IMG/VR virus record: IMGVR_UViG_3300035701_000008
Location: 32,001-96,000 of that record
Length of the DNA: 64,000 nucleotides
Source: a virus
Reading direction: 5' to 3' (one strand)
In this document: piece after piece, positions 63,464 to 64,000 of the stretch
How the letters are laid out: every line of letters begins with the position of its first letter
Position numbering within the stretch: position 1 is the stretch's first letter
Notes under the pieces: generated by a model
Database searches by the model: none
What the model was told of the DNA's origin: nothing
What the model saw: only the letters and a program-made list of their open reading frames with translations
Translations under genes and position numbers: made by a program

Positions 63464-64000
63464 ATGATACCAGTAGATAGTTTATTATATAAGATCGATC
63501 AGAAACTAAATAAACTATCAACTAATGAGCACCAACAGATTCAATTAGAAGACAAAATCTTAGCTTTGAATGAGGCTCAGATAAAGTTGATAAAGCAAAA
63601 GATTGATGGTATTAGTACTTCTAGTCAATTAGGGCAAGATTCATTTAAGAAACGTTATGAAGACTTACAGAGTCTTATATTAGATTATAATCATCAACCA
63701 TTGCCACTAGTATTAGAAGATCTTAATTTAAATCAATGGTCTGCTAATGTTCATGATCTTACGCCACAATATATGTTCTATGTAGATTCATATGTTTTAG
63801 CTGATAAAGGAAGATGTAAGGATAGAAGAATATGGATTAATAGAGATCTTGCAAAGCATGGTGATCTTCAGTTTATATTAAACAACGATCATTACAAACC
63901 AAGCTTTGAATACCAAGAAACATTTAATGTTCTTGCTTCTGATAAAATCTCTATATTCACTGATGGGACGTTCACTCCTAATAATATACAGATAATGTAC
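63464..64000 (+). CDS. 3'-truncated head-tail ring/tail tubular-like protein
   Basis: MIPVDSLLYKIDQKLNKL...ALNEAQ, runs off the end of the window. Confidence 0.6.
   Translation, partial: MIPVDSLLYKIDQKLNKLSTNEHQQIQLEDKILALNEAQIKLIKQKIDGISTSSQLGQDSFKKRYEDLQSLILDYNHQPLPLVLEDLNLNQWSANVHDLTPQYMFYVDSYVLADKGRCKDRRIWINRDLAKHGDLQFILNNDHYKPSFEYQETFNVLASDKISIFTDGTFTPNNIQIMY

Noticed and set aside
1-64000. Stop-codon reassignment as in some crAss-like phages
   Set aside because: Large genes (terL, portal, MCP, polB) are intact in code 11, TAG and TGA are used as real stops, and no suppressor tRNA is seen.
1-64000. CRISPR array, DGR/reverse transcriptase, integrase, inteins
   Set aside because: No regularly spaced repeat-spacer array and no RT, recombinase or intein motifs were noticed.

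Overview
AT-rich 64 kb segment of a crAss-like (Crassvirales-type) phage, probably infecting an environmental Bacteroidota host. The host inference rests on TAnnTTTG promoters, a near absence of SD sequences, crAss-type terminase/portal/MCP and a PolB. The standard genetic code fits. 1-14.05 kb (+): APS kinase/nucleotidyltransferase cassette, lysis genes, fibre-like proteins, poly-Thr mini-proteins flanking a putative protein O-glycosyltransferase, a cluster of small Lys-rich proteins and three free-standing homing endonucleases. 14.08-51.6 kb (-): two GT2s with a fourth homing endonuclease, GroES, thioredoxin, PhoH, RecA, nucleases, rIIA/rIIB-like pair, UDG, primase, helicases, PolB, many small early genes, a MoxR-AAA/VWA pair and an ncRNA block (tmRNA with a 35-residue tag and a 6S-like rod). 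51.9-64 kb (+): HU/IHF-like gene, terminase, portal, scaffold-like protein, MCP, structured RNAs, tRNA-Met and head-tail genes. Top candidates for new biology: (1) a phage-encoded mucin-like O-glycosylation/display system, possibly with sulfation; (2) the tmRNA plus 6S-like RNA block; (3) a basic-protein array with a recurring (A/M/L)(K/Q/R)xG(G) motif; (4) homing endonucleases that duplicate the ends of neighbouring genes. All family assignments come from motif recognition by eye, not from database searches.
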